From an uncultured virus (IMG/VR IMGVR_UViG_3300030328_001585) (lineage: Duplodnaviria > Heunggongvirae > Uroviricota > Caudoviricetes): a stretch of DNA of 64,000 nucleotides. Numbering within the stretch: position 1 is the stretch's first letter; each line of letters opens with the position of its first letter. The position numbers were made by a program, and so were the translations under genes. The stretch is from IMG/VR virus record IMGVR_UViG_3300030328_001585; one strand, given 5' to 3'. The notes under the pieces were generated by a model. That model saw only the letters and a list, made by a program, of their open reading frames with translations. It did not search any database and was not told where the DNA came from. Positions 48,401 to 58,397 of the stretch are shown here, one piece after another.

Positions 48401-50395
48401 ATGAAACACTGGGTAATGGATTATGAAACATTATCTAATTGTTTTACAGCTGTGTTTGAACACTATAAGACTCAAGAAACTAAAGTCTTTGTGATACATG
48501 ATCTGCAAAATGATTTAGATTCCTTCATAGAATTCCTAAAACAAAATATTAAAAATAAAGAGTGGCATATATCCTATAACGGATTAGCATTTGATGCACA
48601 GGTTACTCACTATATATTAGACAATTATGAAGATTGGGACCCTAATTTAGGTGGAAGTGATATTGCTGCTATAATTTTTAAATACGCTCAGACATGTATT
48701 CAGAAAGCAAATAATAAAGAATTCAGTGATTATCCTCAATGGAAGATGAGAATGGGTCAAATTGACTTATTTAAAATGCACCATTGGGATAATCCGGCTA
48801 AACGTTCAAGTCTTAAATGGATTCAGTATAGTATGGATTGGGAAAATATCCTAGATATGCCTATTCATCATGATACTGAAATAACTACTAAAGAAGAAAT
48901 AAAGACTATATTAGAATATTGTATAAATGATGTTAGGTCAACTAAAGAAATATACAATAGATCAAAATCAGAGATAGGATTAAGAAAAGAACTTACTAAA
49001 ACATATGGTATTAATTTATTTAGTGCTTCAGAGCCCCGTATAAGTAAAGAAGTATTTGGTTATTTCTTAACACGTATGTTAAATATACCTAAAAGAGATC
49101 TGAGAGGTCTCAGAACCTATAGAGAGACTGTAAAAGTTAAAGATATTATTTTACCTTATATTAATTTTACATCTGATACATTTAATATGTTACTTGATAG
49201 GTTTAAATCTATAGAAGTGAATGGAGATAAACTTAAAGGAAGCTTTAAATATAGTGTAAACTATAAAAATGTGAAGACCCACTTTGGATTAGGAGGTGTT
49301 CACGGTGCTGCTTCTAAAGGAGTTTATGAAAGTGATGATGATATGGTAATAATGTCCTCGGATGTAACTAGTTTTTATCCCAACCTTGCAATTAAAAACA
49401 AATTTGCACCGGGGCATTTCCCTAAAGAAGAGTTTTGTGATCAATATGAGTGGTTCTTTAATGAAAGAAAGAAGATCCCTAAGAGCAATCCAATGAATTA
49501 TGTATATAAGATTATACTAAATTCAACTTTTGGCCTTAGCAATGACGCTAAGAGCTTCTTCTATGATCCTGAGCTATGTCTTAAGATTACAATTAATGGT
49601 CAACTTACCTTAATGATGCTATATGAGCAGATTATGGAAAGAATACCTGAAGCTGTATCGTTATTACATAACACTGATGGGATAGAAACATTGATTCCAA
49701 GAAGTTCTATGGAAGAATATATGACTATATGTAAAGAATGGGAAGACAAAACTAACTTACAGTTAGAACATGATCAATATCAGAAACTTATATTAGCTGA
49801 TGTTAATAATTATATTGGTGTAAACAACTATATAGATGTTAATATTACTAAATGGAGAGAAGTTAAACAAAGTCAGCCTCACTACTTATTTAAAGTAGAG
49901 AATGATAAATTTAGCTTTGCACCCGTTAAACTTAAGGGACGTTTTGATTTTCATAACTTACAATTACATAAGAATAAGTCTAAGTTAGTTATACCTAAAG
50001 CCATATACCAGTACTTTGTACATAATGTATTACCAGAAGACTACTTAAATCAGAATAAAAATATTCTAGATTATTGTATTGGAGGTAAATCTAAAGGAGA
50101 CTGGGAACAAACTGCTAAGTATATTGAGAAAGGTGAGTATTTAGAAAACAAGTTACAGAAGATTAATAGATATTATATATCCAATCAAGGAGTTAAAATC
50201 TTGAAAATCAATAAGAAAGATAAAAGAGAGATCCAACTTGAAGCGGGAAGATGGTTACAAACTATTTATAATAAAATGAAGGTGGAACCTAAATGGGAAA
50301 ACTATGATATAAATAAAGGTTACTATTTGAATGCAATTGAGAAGGAAGTAAATGATATCCTTACTGTAAGTACAAGCCAACTTAAACTATTTTAA
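48401..50395 (+). CDS. DNA polymerase, family B (crAss-like) with 3'-5' exonuclease
   Basis: Exonuclease DYET, YNGLAFD and YCINDV; polymerase DVTSFYP, YKIILNSTFG and NTDG. Confidence 0.9.
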   Translation: MKHWVMDYETLSNCFTAVFEHYKTQETKVFVIHDLQNDLDSFIEFLKQNIKNKEWHISYNGLAFDAQVTHYILDNYEDWDPNLGGSDIAAIIFKYAQTCIQKANNKEFSDYPQWKMRMGQIDLFKMHHWDNPAKRSSLKWIQYSMDWENILDMPIHHDTEITTKEEIKTILEYCINDVRSTKEIYNRSKSEIGLRKELTKTYGINLFSASEPRISKEVFGYFLTRMLNIPKRDLRGLRTYRETVKVKDIILPYINFTSDTFNMLLDRFKSIEVNGDKLKGSFKYSVNYKNVKTHFGLGGVHGAASKGVYESDDDMVIMSSDVTSFYPNLAIKNKFAPGHFPKEEFCDQYEWFFNERKKIPKSNPMNYVYKIILNSTFGLSNDAKSFFYDPELCLKITINGQLTLMMLYEQIMERIPEAVSLLHNTDGIETLIPRSSMEEYMTICKEWEDKTNLQLEHDQYQKLILADVNNYIGVNNYIDVNITKWREVKQSQPHYLFKVENDKFSFAPVKLKGRFDFHNLQLHKNKSKLVIPKAIYQYFVHNVLPEDYLNQNKNILDYCIGGKSKGDWEQTAKYIEKGEYLENKLQKINRYYISNQGVKILKINKKDKREIQLEAGRWLQTIYNKMKVEPKWENYDINKGYYLNAIEKEVNDILTVSTSQLKLF

Positions 50396-50396
50396 C

Positions 50397-50621
50397 ATGG
50401 AATTAGGAAGTTTAGAAAAAGGGAAGAAGTTCAGGATTAAAAAACAAGAACATTATATAGGAAAAAGACCAGAAAACCTCTTCAGTGCAGATGGAACCGT
50501 AATTCTAGGGGAAATATTAACATATGAAGAGGATGATGGTATCTATTGTATTTGTTCAGACAGTGAGGGTAATAAGTTTCATTACCCATCATGGTCTAAA
50601 ATAACCACAATAGATGATTAA
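50397..50621 (+). CDS. Hypothetical protein
   Basis: 74-aa ORF. Confidence 0.65.
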   Translation: MELGSLEKGKKFRIKKQEHYIGKRPENLFSADGTVILGEILTYEEDDGIYCICSDSEGNKFHYPSWSKITTIDD

Positions 50622-50645
50622 TTAATGTGTAAATATAGTATTTAA

Positions 50646-50677
50646 TTTGCTGAGTCAGCATTTTTTTATTATATTTA
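50646..50677 (+). promoter_or_regulatory. Bacteroidota-type promoter (TTTG-N20-TATATTTA) overlapped by the palindrome TGCTGAGTCAGCA
   Basis: -33 TTTG at 50646-49, -7-like element at 50670-77, palindrome at 50648-60. Confidence 0.5.
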
Positions 50678-50698
50678 CACTTTAAAAGTTTAAACAAT

Positions 50699-51592
50699 AT
50701 GGGATACACAAAACCAAAAGAAACAACCAGGTGGCATTTAGAAAGTGCGGCCCTACCTAACCATGGTAAAACCTACACGGTAATATCACACCGAGAAGTG
50801 ATAGATAATACATATAAATTACTAGCAGATAGTGGATTTATGGTCTCTAGAGAATCATATAGAGCCAGTAAGGACGCTAATGTTGCACAGGGAATATATC
50901 ATATATATCCACAGTCAACTACTGATATAGAAATTGAACAAGAAAAAGAACTAGGAATGATGTTTGCTTGGACAAATTCTTATGATAAGTCTAAGAGCTT
51001 TGAGTGTGCTATTGGAGCATATGTTCAAGTTTGTTACAATGGTATGTTATCCGGGGACATGATGAACTATAAAAGAAAACATAGATGGTCTGCCTCAAGA
51101 GATATATACATACAAATGTCTGATCAAATAAAAAATGGTGAGAAATACTATAAAAGACTAATTAAAGATAAAGATCTATTAAAAACTATCACTGTTGATT
51201 GTAGAAAAGCATCTGAATTAGCTGGACGTTTATTTATTGAAGAGGATCTATTAGATTCTCAGCAATTATCTTGCGTTAAAAAAGAGTTAGAGAAAGCTTC
51301 TTATAATTATGGTGTAGCAGATGACTCTGCATGGGCCTTTTATAATCATGTTACGCATGCATTAAAGAAAGCTCATCCAAGAGAGTGGTTAAATGATCAG
51401 CAGAACTTTCATGACTTTATCACAATGGAACTAACAGGGTCCCCATCTACTAAACCTATGTTTGAAAAGCCTGGTGAGTATATAGATCTAGGAGACAAGT
51501 CTCAATTAGAAATAGATTTAGTACATGATACCGTGGTAGAAGTAGATGAAGAACAATTAATGAGAGAATTTGATATTGAGCTAGGATTATGA
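50699..51592 (+). CDS. DUF932-family protein
   Basis: 'NSYDKS...VCYNGM...KRKH' and 'SAWAFYNHVT'. Confidence 0.75.
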   Translation: MGYTKPKETTRWHLESAALPNHGKTYTVISHREVIDNTYKLLADSGFMVSRESYRASKDANVAQGIYHIYPQSTTDIEIEQEKELGMMFAWTNSYDKSKSFECAIGAYVQVCYNGMLSGDMMNYKRKHRWSASRDIYIQMSDQIKNGEKYYKRLIKDKDLLKTITVDCRKASELAGRLFIEEDLLDSQQLSCVKKELEKASYNYGVADDSAWAFYNHVTHALKKAHPREWLNDQQNFHDFITMELTGSPSTKPMFEKPGEYIDLGDKSQLEIDLVHDTVVEVDEEQLMREFDIELGL

Positions 51593-51742
51593 TTTTGAAG
51601 ATGATTGCTATGAGCATCTTAATGTTGCTCTTACTTTATGCGGCCTGGAATGATATACTAAATAAATAGGAGAAACCAACTGGGGCTAAGTTTTTGCATT
51701 CTTGGCCCCACTCCTATATTATCATCCTAAAGATGTAGTAAT

Positions 51743-51928
51743 ATGAGAAAATTTATTGAATTTGCATTAATTTGGTACAGTCAACAGATGGCTATACCGT
51801 TCTGGATCGTTGGACATATACATTTATCCGTAAATGTGTATCAAGATATCCATGAGATATTAGCTAGCTTAGGTCTTAACATGCTCGTAGCTGTAGGCTT
51901 TATAGTAGACTATAGAAAAAATAAATAA
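51743..51928 (+). CDS. Small membrane protein
   Basis: 61 aa with two hydrophobic segments. Confidence 0.65.
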   Translation: MRKFIEFALIWYSQQMAIPFWIVGHIHLSVNVYQDIHEILASLGLNMLVAVGFIVDYRKNK

Positions 51929-51950
51929 TTAATAATTAAATTAAAAAAAA

Positions 51951-52115
51951 ATGGAAAAGTTTTTAATAAACAAAAAATTTTATGTTAGAGTTAAAGATAT
52001 ATTTGAACTGGTAGAAACGTATCCTAATGATATGCAACTCGGAGAACAGCTTAGAAGAATATATTGGAAAAACGGTGGTTTAAAAGGAAATCCTAAAAAT
52101 AATGATAAAAATTAG
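51951..52115 (+). CDS. Small hypothetical protein (54 aa) with YPNDMQLGEQLR motif
   Basis: ATG at 51951 after an A-tract; TAG ends at 52115. Confidence 0.6.
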   Translation: MEKFLINKKFYVRVKDIFELVETYPNDMQLGEQLRRIYWKNGGLKGNPKNNDKN

Positions 52116-52207
52116 AGTCTGGTTAAGAGTAATCTTTATTAGAATACCTAAAGAAATAAAATATTGGCTACAACAAATGTATGATATAGAAAAATTTAAT
52201 ATAAACT

Positions 52208-52495
52208 ATGAACGCACAAGAAAGAAAAGAAAGGCCAGTCTTTACTGGTGTATTAAAATACTTTCCAAAAGCAATAATGGAAGTAGCTAGGGTATCACTA
52301 GCTGGAAATAAGCAACATCATCCTGATAAACCTTTACATTGGGATCGTGAAAAGTCAACTGATGACTATGATGCATTGGCTAGACATTTGATTGATGCAG
52401 GTAAAATAGATAATGATGGAATTCGTCACACCGCAAAGGTGGCATGGCGTGCTCTTGCGTGTCTAGAAAAAGAAATAGAAAATGAGATACTTTAA
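52208..52495 (+). CDS. DUF5664-like dATP/dGTP diphosphohydrolase domain protein
   Basis: 'AIMEVARVS..G...H...W......DALARHL...HTAKVAWRAL'. Confidence 0.75.
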   Translation: MNAQERKERPVFTGVLKYFPKAIMEVARVSLAGNKQHHPDKPLHWDREKSTDDYDALARHLIDAGKIDNDGIRHTAKVAWRALACLEKEIENEIL

Positions 52496-52667
52496 TGTTT
52501 GGTATATACCCCATGATAAACTTCTTAATACTGATAACCCAAACTTACACACTCAATGGATGATAGTTATGGCGGATCATAAAGGAAATGCTAAGAATTT
52601 AGCAAAACAAAATGGATTAGTTACTTTAGTAACACCATTAAATAAAAATAAGAAAACAGTATTTTAA
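52482..52667 (+). CDS. Hypothetical protein
   Basis: 61-aa ORF, last gene of the rightward arm. Confidence 0.55.
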   Translation: MRYFNVWYIPHDKLLNTDNPNLHTQWMIVMADHKGNAKNLAKQNGLVTLVTPLNKNKKTVF

Positions 52668-52755
52668 ATAAAAGAGAGCTGGCAATAATGCCAATAATTT
52701 TAATGGATGTAAAAGACATCCTTTTAATATTAAATGTTTTAGCTCTTTTTTATTT
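52666..52755. terminator. Branched hairpin at the convergence of the two arms (bidirectional terminator-like)
   Basis: AAATAAAAGAGAGCT/AGCTCTTTTTTATTT outer stem enclosing TGGCA/TGCCA and GGATGT/ACATCC hairpins. Confidence 0.6.
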
Positions 52756-52761
52756 AAGATG

Positions 52762-53193
52762 CTAGGCATCTAAAGGGAATACACTTCCATCTTCAGTACT
52801 TACAGCTATATAACCTTGATGTTCTACTGTAAATATATATAAGGGTGGATATTTAATAGAATATAATGGTTCTCTTAATACTACTACAGACCAGTCTCCT
52901 CCATATTCTGATTCTTGCAAACAACATTCAGCATCATTTAAAGACATTTTAATTGGTGGGTGGATAACACAATCATCCATATATGGAGAGTCTACATATT
53001 GAATAGATATTTTACCTTTATTAGTACAGTTAACCATTATAGTTGCATATTCATCATCACCTCTAAATATAGAATGCATAAAACTAACATCATCTGGAGA
53101 TGATGCTTGATATAACTTTACTAATGGTGATATACCAAGTGCTGTCTTCCAACACTTATCTAACATTTCATTAAATGATAATTTTTCACTCAT
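52762..53193 (-). CDS. Hypothetical protein
   Basis: Likely start MSEKLSF at 53193, overlapping the upstream TAA. Confidence 0.7.
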   Translation of the reverse strand: MSEKLSFNEMLDKCWKTALGISPLVKLYQASSPDDVSFMHSIFRGDDEYATIMVNCTNKGKISIQYVDSPYMDDCVIHPPIKMSLNDAECCLQESEYGGDWSVVVLREPLYSIKYPPLYIFTVEHQGYIAVSTEDGSVFPLDA

Positions 53194-53612
53194 TAGCTCC
53201 ATAATATAGCTCCAACAATATCACCTGATGAAACTGTTCCGGTGTTACCATCTGCAGATCCAGTAGTTAAGTTCATACCTATTCCTAGTTTAAACTCAAT
53301 ACCAACTGAAAGAGATACGTTTAAAGAATCATTAGCCGGTACAGCATAGGTTGCTAGAGATATATCTGCATTAACTGGAATACTGGCCTTATCAAATAAT
53401 CTTACAAATTTATCAGAATTAGTTTTATTAAAAAGAGTTATACTGTATACAGTACCACCACCTTTTTTAATAAAAGTTAGATTAGTTCCCCCTGCTGATA
53501 TTACTCTATGAACAGATAATCCGCCAAATCCATATTGATTTGGAACTGCCATTGCCTTTGGATACTCTGAGTTTAGGCTTGATGACTCTGCTGTATTAAA
53601 TTTTACTCCCAT
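53193..53612 (-). CDS. Putative virion beta-sandwich protein
   Basis: 139 aa, beta-rich, directly downstream of a fibre gene. Confidence 0.65.
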   Translation of the reverse strand: MGVKFNTAESSSLNSEYPKAMAVPNQYGFGGLSVHRVISAGGTNLTFIKKGGGTVYSITLFNKTNSDKFVRLFDKASIPVNADISLATYAVPANDSLNVSLSVGIEFKLGIGMNLTTGSADGNTGTVSSGDIVGAILWS

Positions 53613-53631
53613 TTTATTTTATTTTAATTGT

Positions 53632-56600
53632 TTATTGATAAATTGTAACTGCTACAGTAAAGCTTGTTGATCCTGTTACTACTGTATTAGTTGCTTTAAT
53701 TACTTCTAATAGAAACCCTGTAGTAGTCATAGCTCTTGTTCTACACTGCATCATGTCTTGACCCGCATTGTTAAATATTGTTGTTTGAGGTATATAATTA
53801 GCATTTGGTCGTGTTGTAGCAAATGTAATAGTATATAATCCAGTACCTGAAGCATAACTTACTGCATGTTCTGGACTTCCTGCATAAATTGAATCCCCTT
53901 GGTTAACTATACCTGAATCATTGAAAGAAAAGTAATCAGCTGGACCTGGATCTTGAGCTACTAAGTTTTTAACTTCTGTATACTTAACTGTATTAGAATC
54001 ACTTACATCTTGGAAAATAACTAAATCACTACCGTCTGGTGAAACACCTGATGCACTAGTAGCAGATTGAATTATAGAATCTGTTCCTACATAGTCTACA
54101 GCTATATCATTTGCATTAGCTTGTAAACCTGCTCCCGCTCCTACATTAAGTGTTAATGATCCCGTAGTTCCACCACCTGCTTCTGAACATCCAGTTCCTG
54201 CAGTTAAAGCTGTTACTATAGGTAGTGCACTAATTGCACTTTTCTTAACTGCATTACTATCACTCACATCATTGAATAATATTTGGTCAGCAGGATCTGC
54301 TGAACCAGCTCCTGGAACTAAAATTATATTATCTGCTCCAGTATAATCTACTCCTATAGTAGGATTAACTGTAGCTGAACCAGCTTCAAGTTCTAGACCT
54401 TCACCTGCAGTTACAGATGTAACTGTACCAGCTGGTGCTGCTGAACCTGGAGTAATTGCTGTAATATGTCCTGATGCATTATATGTTATAGATGCAGGGT
54501 AAGCTGCAGTACCTGCTGTAATAGAAGCACTATGATTTATAGTTACAGTATTTACTTTAGGATTACTACCCGCAGTAGTTGCTACACTAGTTAAACCAGT
54601 TCCTCCTGCAATTACTACTTCTGAATCTGATGGAGTTGATAAACCAGAACCTGAGCTTAAATTATCCCCTCTTGTCCAGAAACCAGCATAATATCCTGGC
54701 ATTAAATAAATTTGTTGTTTCTTAAGTGTATTACCATCAGAGGTATCACTAAACATATAATAATCAAGAGTATTTGGATTTGACTCAGTAGCTCTTGCCA
54801 TTATAAGGTTATCAGTACCTGCAATATCTACACCAATTGTAATAGTATCTGTGGTTGAAGTGTTTACTGTTAGACCACCAAACGTTGAAGCTTGATTTGC
54901 AGCAGCAACTGTAAGGGTACCACCTAAATTAATAGTTTGTGGGGTACTTCCATCACTTACAATAAAGCTACCAGCAGCAAAGAAGTTAGTAAGAGTATTC
55001 TTTTTAATAGTATCACTATCACTTGCATCATTAAACCAAATAGAATCTGCATCTGTTGGAACCGCAGTAGCTGCTTCTAGTATAGCATTATCTGCACCAG
55101 CGTAATCTACATTAACAATTGGACTACTTGCTGTACCTGTTACAGTAATACCTGTTCCTGCATTAACAGTGGTACTACCACCACCTCCGGCTGGAACTTG
55201 CCATGTACCATCAGCTCTTAAGAATGTAGTTGATTGAGCAGATCCTGATGAATCTGGAACATATCCTACTACATTACCACCACCAAATTTATTCATACTA
55301 AGGTTAAGATTACTTCCTGAAATGCTTCCTGCAAAAGGTGTAGTTTGACCTGTAGTTAAAGATAAATTTAATGTAGTTAAATTGTTAAATGGTAAGTTAG
55401 ATATTGATGCTTTTCTTATAGTATTACTATCACTTATATCAGAGAAAACAATATAATCAGAAGCAGCTGGAGTAGCTCCAACATTTACTTCTATATAGTT
55501 ATCAGTTCCTACAGTATCTAAACTTATAGTAACTGGATTAGGGCTAGCACTAGCTGCAGTTACATTTAATCCAGCATCCCCTACAAAGTTTATTGTTTCC
55601 CCACTACTTATAGTTACCGCTGAGCCACCGTCTCCTTTAATATCAAAACCACTAAATCCTCCTGCACCAACAATAGATGCTATAGTTGCACGCTTAACAG
55701 TATTATCTGAAAGATCATTGAATATCATTGTATCATCAGCAGCAACTGGTGTTGCAATAGATGTCTCTAATATCATATTATCTGCTCCTGCGTAGTCTAC
55801 TGCTACTGTAGCTGTAGGTCCTGTTCCGTTTGTTACTGTTATACCTGGACCTTCTTGTATAGTAGATATTGTACCCGCTCCTGCAGCAATCCAGTTAGTA
55901 CCAGATCCTGTAGAACTTAATATTTGTCCCGCTGAACCAATATCATTACTACTATCATAAATTCCTCCAGTTACTCTAACATCTCCAGTAACATGTAATT
56001 CTTGTGATGGTGCAGTATTCATGTTGATACCTACTTTTCCATCTTGTATATTTATAGCAGTCGTAGTTGTTCCTAGGTGATGTTGTATGAAACGCATTGC
56101 TGATGCTCCTTGAGATGTATCAGATGTTCCATATGTTGAAATTTCATTTTTAAAAAGTGTGCTACCTAAACCGTCATGAAAACGTAGTGTATTAGTCATA
56201 CTACCTACATCATTTACAGAAGATTTCATTATCATTGCTGTAGCTGCATCTGCTGGATTTTGTAGATGTAATGAAAGACCACTTGAACTTGTTGGAGCAG
56301 CTCCTATTGCTAAACAGTCATCTGAATTATGCCAGTATAGTCTTGAATCACTTGATAGTGAGCTGGTAGAATCCCAGAATGCAACTCTTGTTGCTACACC
56401 ACTACCTGTTACAACGTTCATACTAGATACTAAGTCTGCAACTTGCACTCTTTTATTTTGAGTAGCAGAAGAATCATATATAAGTAGTTCATCTGCACCT
56501 TGTACAGCTGCTCCTAGATCTACCAAAGAATGTACTGTAACACCAACTGCTATAGTACTTCCTGTAGAAACTACATTTCCTCCAAGCAAATTATTAGTAG

Positions 56601-57288
56601 CAGAAGCCTGTATACTTTGATAAGCTACAGTTGTACCGTTAGATACAATTAGTTGACCCGCAGTTCCTGGAGGTGTGGCTGTTTGTATATTACTAGAATT
56701 ACCAACCCAAATATTACCATATGCAAGAGTTACAACCGGATCATCATCTGACCATAGTACTCTACCATCTGCTCTAGACCTTAATACTCTATTAGCAGCA
56801 CCTGCAGCTGCTCCTGTAGAGTCATGAACTACATTTAAAAGTGCTGTAAACTTAGTAGTATCACCTGAAGTACCTAGGGTATTGTTTAATTTTAATACAC
56901 TATTCTTGTCAACCTCTAAATTTTCATCAACGTTTAAGTTTCCATTAACTATAATTGAATCAGCAACAGCATTTTGAATCATAATACTATCCTTTATAGA
57001 TGTATTTAAAGTTGCACATACACCAGAAGGATCTGTGTACATAGGAATTCTATACTTAGTTGCTGTAGTATCAGGGTCTTGTACTATTACCCCAAATAAT
57101 AAATCACATCTTAGGTCTCCCCATTTAATGATAAAAGGTTCTCCTTTGGGATTATAGGCGGCCCCAGTATTTAGAAAACTATTAGAATAGATTTTAGCAA
57201 ATTCAAACCAGTCTCTTTTTTTATCAAGCTTAGTTTGTTTTTTGCTTCTTTTTAGTAGGCCTAATACCTCTTGTAAGTAAATACTCAT
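53632..57288 (-). CDS. Long fibre protein (1,218 aa) with internal repeats
   Basis: About six copies of 'VDYxGxDNxI...D...FxDxSD...K'; KVGIN..P...LHV.G and FLRADGTW motifs. Confidence 0.85.
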   Translation of the reverse strand: MSIYLQEVLGLLKRSKKQTKLDKKRDWFEFAKIYSNSFLNTGAAYNPKGEPFIIKWGDLRCDLLFGVIVQDPDTTATKYRIPMYTDPSGVCATLNTSIKDSIMIQNAVADSIIVNGNLNVDENLEVDKNSVLKLNNTLGTSGDTTKFTALLNVVHDSTGAAAGAANRVLRSRADGRVLWSDDDPVVTLAYGNIWVGNSSNIQTATPPGTAGQLIVSNGTTVAYQSIQASATNNLLGGNVVSTGSTIAVGVTVHSLVDLGAAVQGADELLIYDSSATQNKRVQVADLVSSMNVVTGSGVATRVAFWDSTSSLSSDSRLYWHNSDDCLAIGAAPTSSSGLSLHLQNPADAATAMIMKSSVNDVGSMTNTLRFHDGLGSTLFKNEISTYGTSDTSQGASAMRFIQHHLGTTTTAINIQDGKVGINMNTAPSQELHVTGDVRVTGGIYDSSNDIGSAGQILSSTGSGTNWIAAGAGTISTIQEGPGITVTNGTGPTATVAVDYAGADNMILETSIATPVAADDTMIFNDLSDNTVKRATIASIVGAGGFSGFDIKGDGGSAVTISSGETINFVGDAGLNVTAASASPNPVTISLDTVGTDNYIEVNVGATPAASDYIVFSDISDSNTIRKASISNLPFNNLTTLNLSLTTGQTTPFAGSISGSNLNLSMNKFGGGNVVGYVPDSSGSAQSTTFLRADGTWQVPAGGGGSTTVNAGTGITVTGTASSPIVNVDYAGADNAILEAATAVPTDADSIWFNDASDSDTIKKNTLTNFFAAGSFIVSDGSTPQTINLGGTLTVAAANQASTFGGLTVNTSTTDTITIGVDIAGTDNLIMARATESNPNTLDYYMFSDTSDGNTLKKQQIYLMPGYYAGFWTRGDNLSSGSGLSTPSDSEVVIAGGTGLTSVATTAGSNPKVNTVTINHSASITAGTAAYPASITYNASGHITAITPGSAAPAGTVTSVTAGEGLELEAGSATVNPTIGVDYTGADNIILVPGAGSADPADQILFNDVSDSNAVKKSAISALPIVTALTAGTGCSEAGGGTTGSLTLNVGAGAGLQANANDIAVDYVGTDSIIQSATSASGVSPDGSDLVIFQDVSDSNTVKYTEVKNLVAQDPGPADYFSFNDSGIVNQGDSIYAGSPEHAVSYASGTGLYTITFATTRPNANYIPQTTIFNNAGQDMMQCRTRAMTTTGFLLEVIKATNTVVTGSTSFTVAVTIYQ

Positions 57289-57299
57289 GATTTATTTTT

Positions 57300-57644
57300 T
57301 TATAAGTACAGTGCAGCTAATTTAATGTTAGCTGTAGCTGAACATGTTATTGTTATCATACCATCTGCATCATTGAATGCATCAACTTCAAAAGGTCCTA
57401 AGAATCCTTCTTTACCAGCTGCTAAGCTAAGCACTGCATTTTCTTTCTTTAATGTACCTAAAAGTGGGTCTACCACAGTAGTTACTACTGGCACTACTGT
57501 AGCTGTCATAGCTGATCCACTACCATTCTGTACATGAAAAAATTGTATTGCTGTATTCTTAAGTTTATCACCTCCTGATGCAGGTGTAACAGTAGTAGGT
57601 TCTACTCCTGCTTGTGTAATTTGTTGTGCTGTTAATGTTGCCAT
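57300..57644 (-). CDS. Putative small virion protein
   Basis: 114 aa, Ala/Thr-rich beta protein beginning MATLTAQQIT. Confidence 0.7.
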   Translation of the reverse strand: MATLTAQQITQAGVEPTTVTPASGGDKLKNTAIQFFHVQNGSGSAMTATVVPVVTTVVDPLLGTLKKENAVLSLAAGKEGFLGPFEVDAFNDADGMITITCSATANIKLAALYL

Positions 57645-57656
57645 GATTTATTTTTT

Positions 57657-57899
57657 TTAACTATTTCTATATCCATTTTTAAAAGCTGCTGACTGAACAG
57701 GTTCTTTAGCTCTGGTGGATTGTTGTTTAATCTTAATACCAGCCTTTGCAAGTCTTTTTCTTTTTGCTACTTTTTTTCTATTTCTTTTTTGTTGAGTAGC
57801 TTGAGCAACGGAAGTTGGATCAAAATACCCATTAGTTGTTTCTCTTTTATATCTTTCTCCTTGTTCAGGAAAGGAGATATTTTCTTTTTTTCCTCCCAT
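57657..57899 (-). CDS. Small basic protein
   Basis: 80 aa, Lys/Arg-rich. Confidence 0.7.
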   Translation of the reverse strand: MGGKKENISFPEQGERYKRETTNGYFDPTSVAQATQQKRNRKKVAKRKRLAKAGIKIKQQSTRAKEPVQSAAFKNGYRNS

Positions 57900-57901
57900 G
57901 A

Positions 57902-58162
57902 TTATTTCTTTTTTTTCATTTTACCTAAAGTTATTGCTAGCCTTGCACGTTGTGCAGTCTTTCCTTTACCTTTTGCTTTCTCCCTTAACCAGCTTTTTTT
58001 AATATCACCATCAGCCTTTAATGCTCCAGCTCTTTTAGCTGTTGCTCTTAAAGCCCCTGGCTTTTTAATTGCTCCTTTGATCCAATTTTTCTTAGATCCT
58101 GATTTTTTCTTGGCACCACCTTTTTTATACTTGATGCCTGCTTTTGTCAAATTTGCTGGCAT
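57902..58162 (-). CDS. Very basic small protein (putative DNA-condensing or core protein)
   Basis: KNWIKGAIKKPGALR...RARLAITL; YKKGG motif. Confidence 0.75.
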   Translation of the reverse strand: MPANLTKAGIKYKKGGAKKKSGSKKNWIKGAIKKPGALRATAKRAGALKADGDIKKSWLREKAKGKGKTAQRARLAITLGKMKKKK

Positions 58163-58167
58163 AACTC

Positions 58168-58371
58168 TTATTTTTCGTAAGCTCTACGTGCTGTCTTTCT
58201 TACCATACCTTTCTTGGTACCACCACGTTTTAACTTATCTATTACTCCACCGCCTCTTCTGAAGCCCATTAAACCTCCACCTTTTGCAAAGCTTTCCATT
58301 CTTGCTCTTCCTGGAGTCTCGTTCATATCACCGTCTCCATATGAATCAAACATTTTTACTTTTTCTGCCAT
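58168..58371 (-). CDS. Small basic protein with repeated hydrophobic-x-x-GG motifs
   Basis: FAKGG, FRRGG and LKRGG. Confidence 0.7.
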   Translation of the reverse strand: MAEKVKMFDSYGDGDMNETPGRARMESFAKGGGLMGFRRGGGVIDKLKRGGTKKGMVRKTARRAYEK

Positions 58372-58397
58372 GATTTCTAATTTTTAAAATTTATAAT

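Noticed and set aside
52102..52290. 62-aa ORF overlapping the DUF5664 gene
   Set aside because: It overlaps both neighbours (83 bp with the DUF5664 gene) and has no motif; it may be real but I cannot support it.
57720..58262. 180-aa plus-strand ORF, and similar antisense ORFs at 61750-62070 and 63086-63340
   Set aside because: Antisense shadows of the Lys-rich small genes and of nrdB/nrdA.
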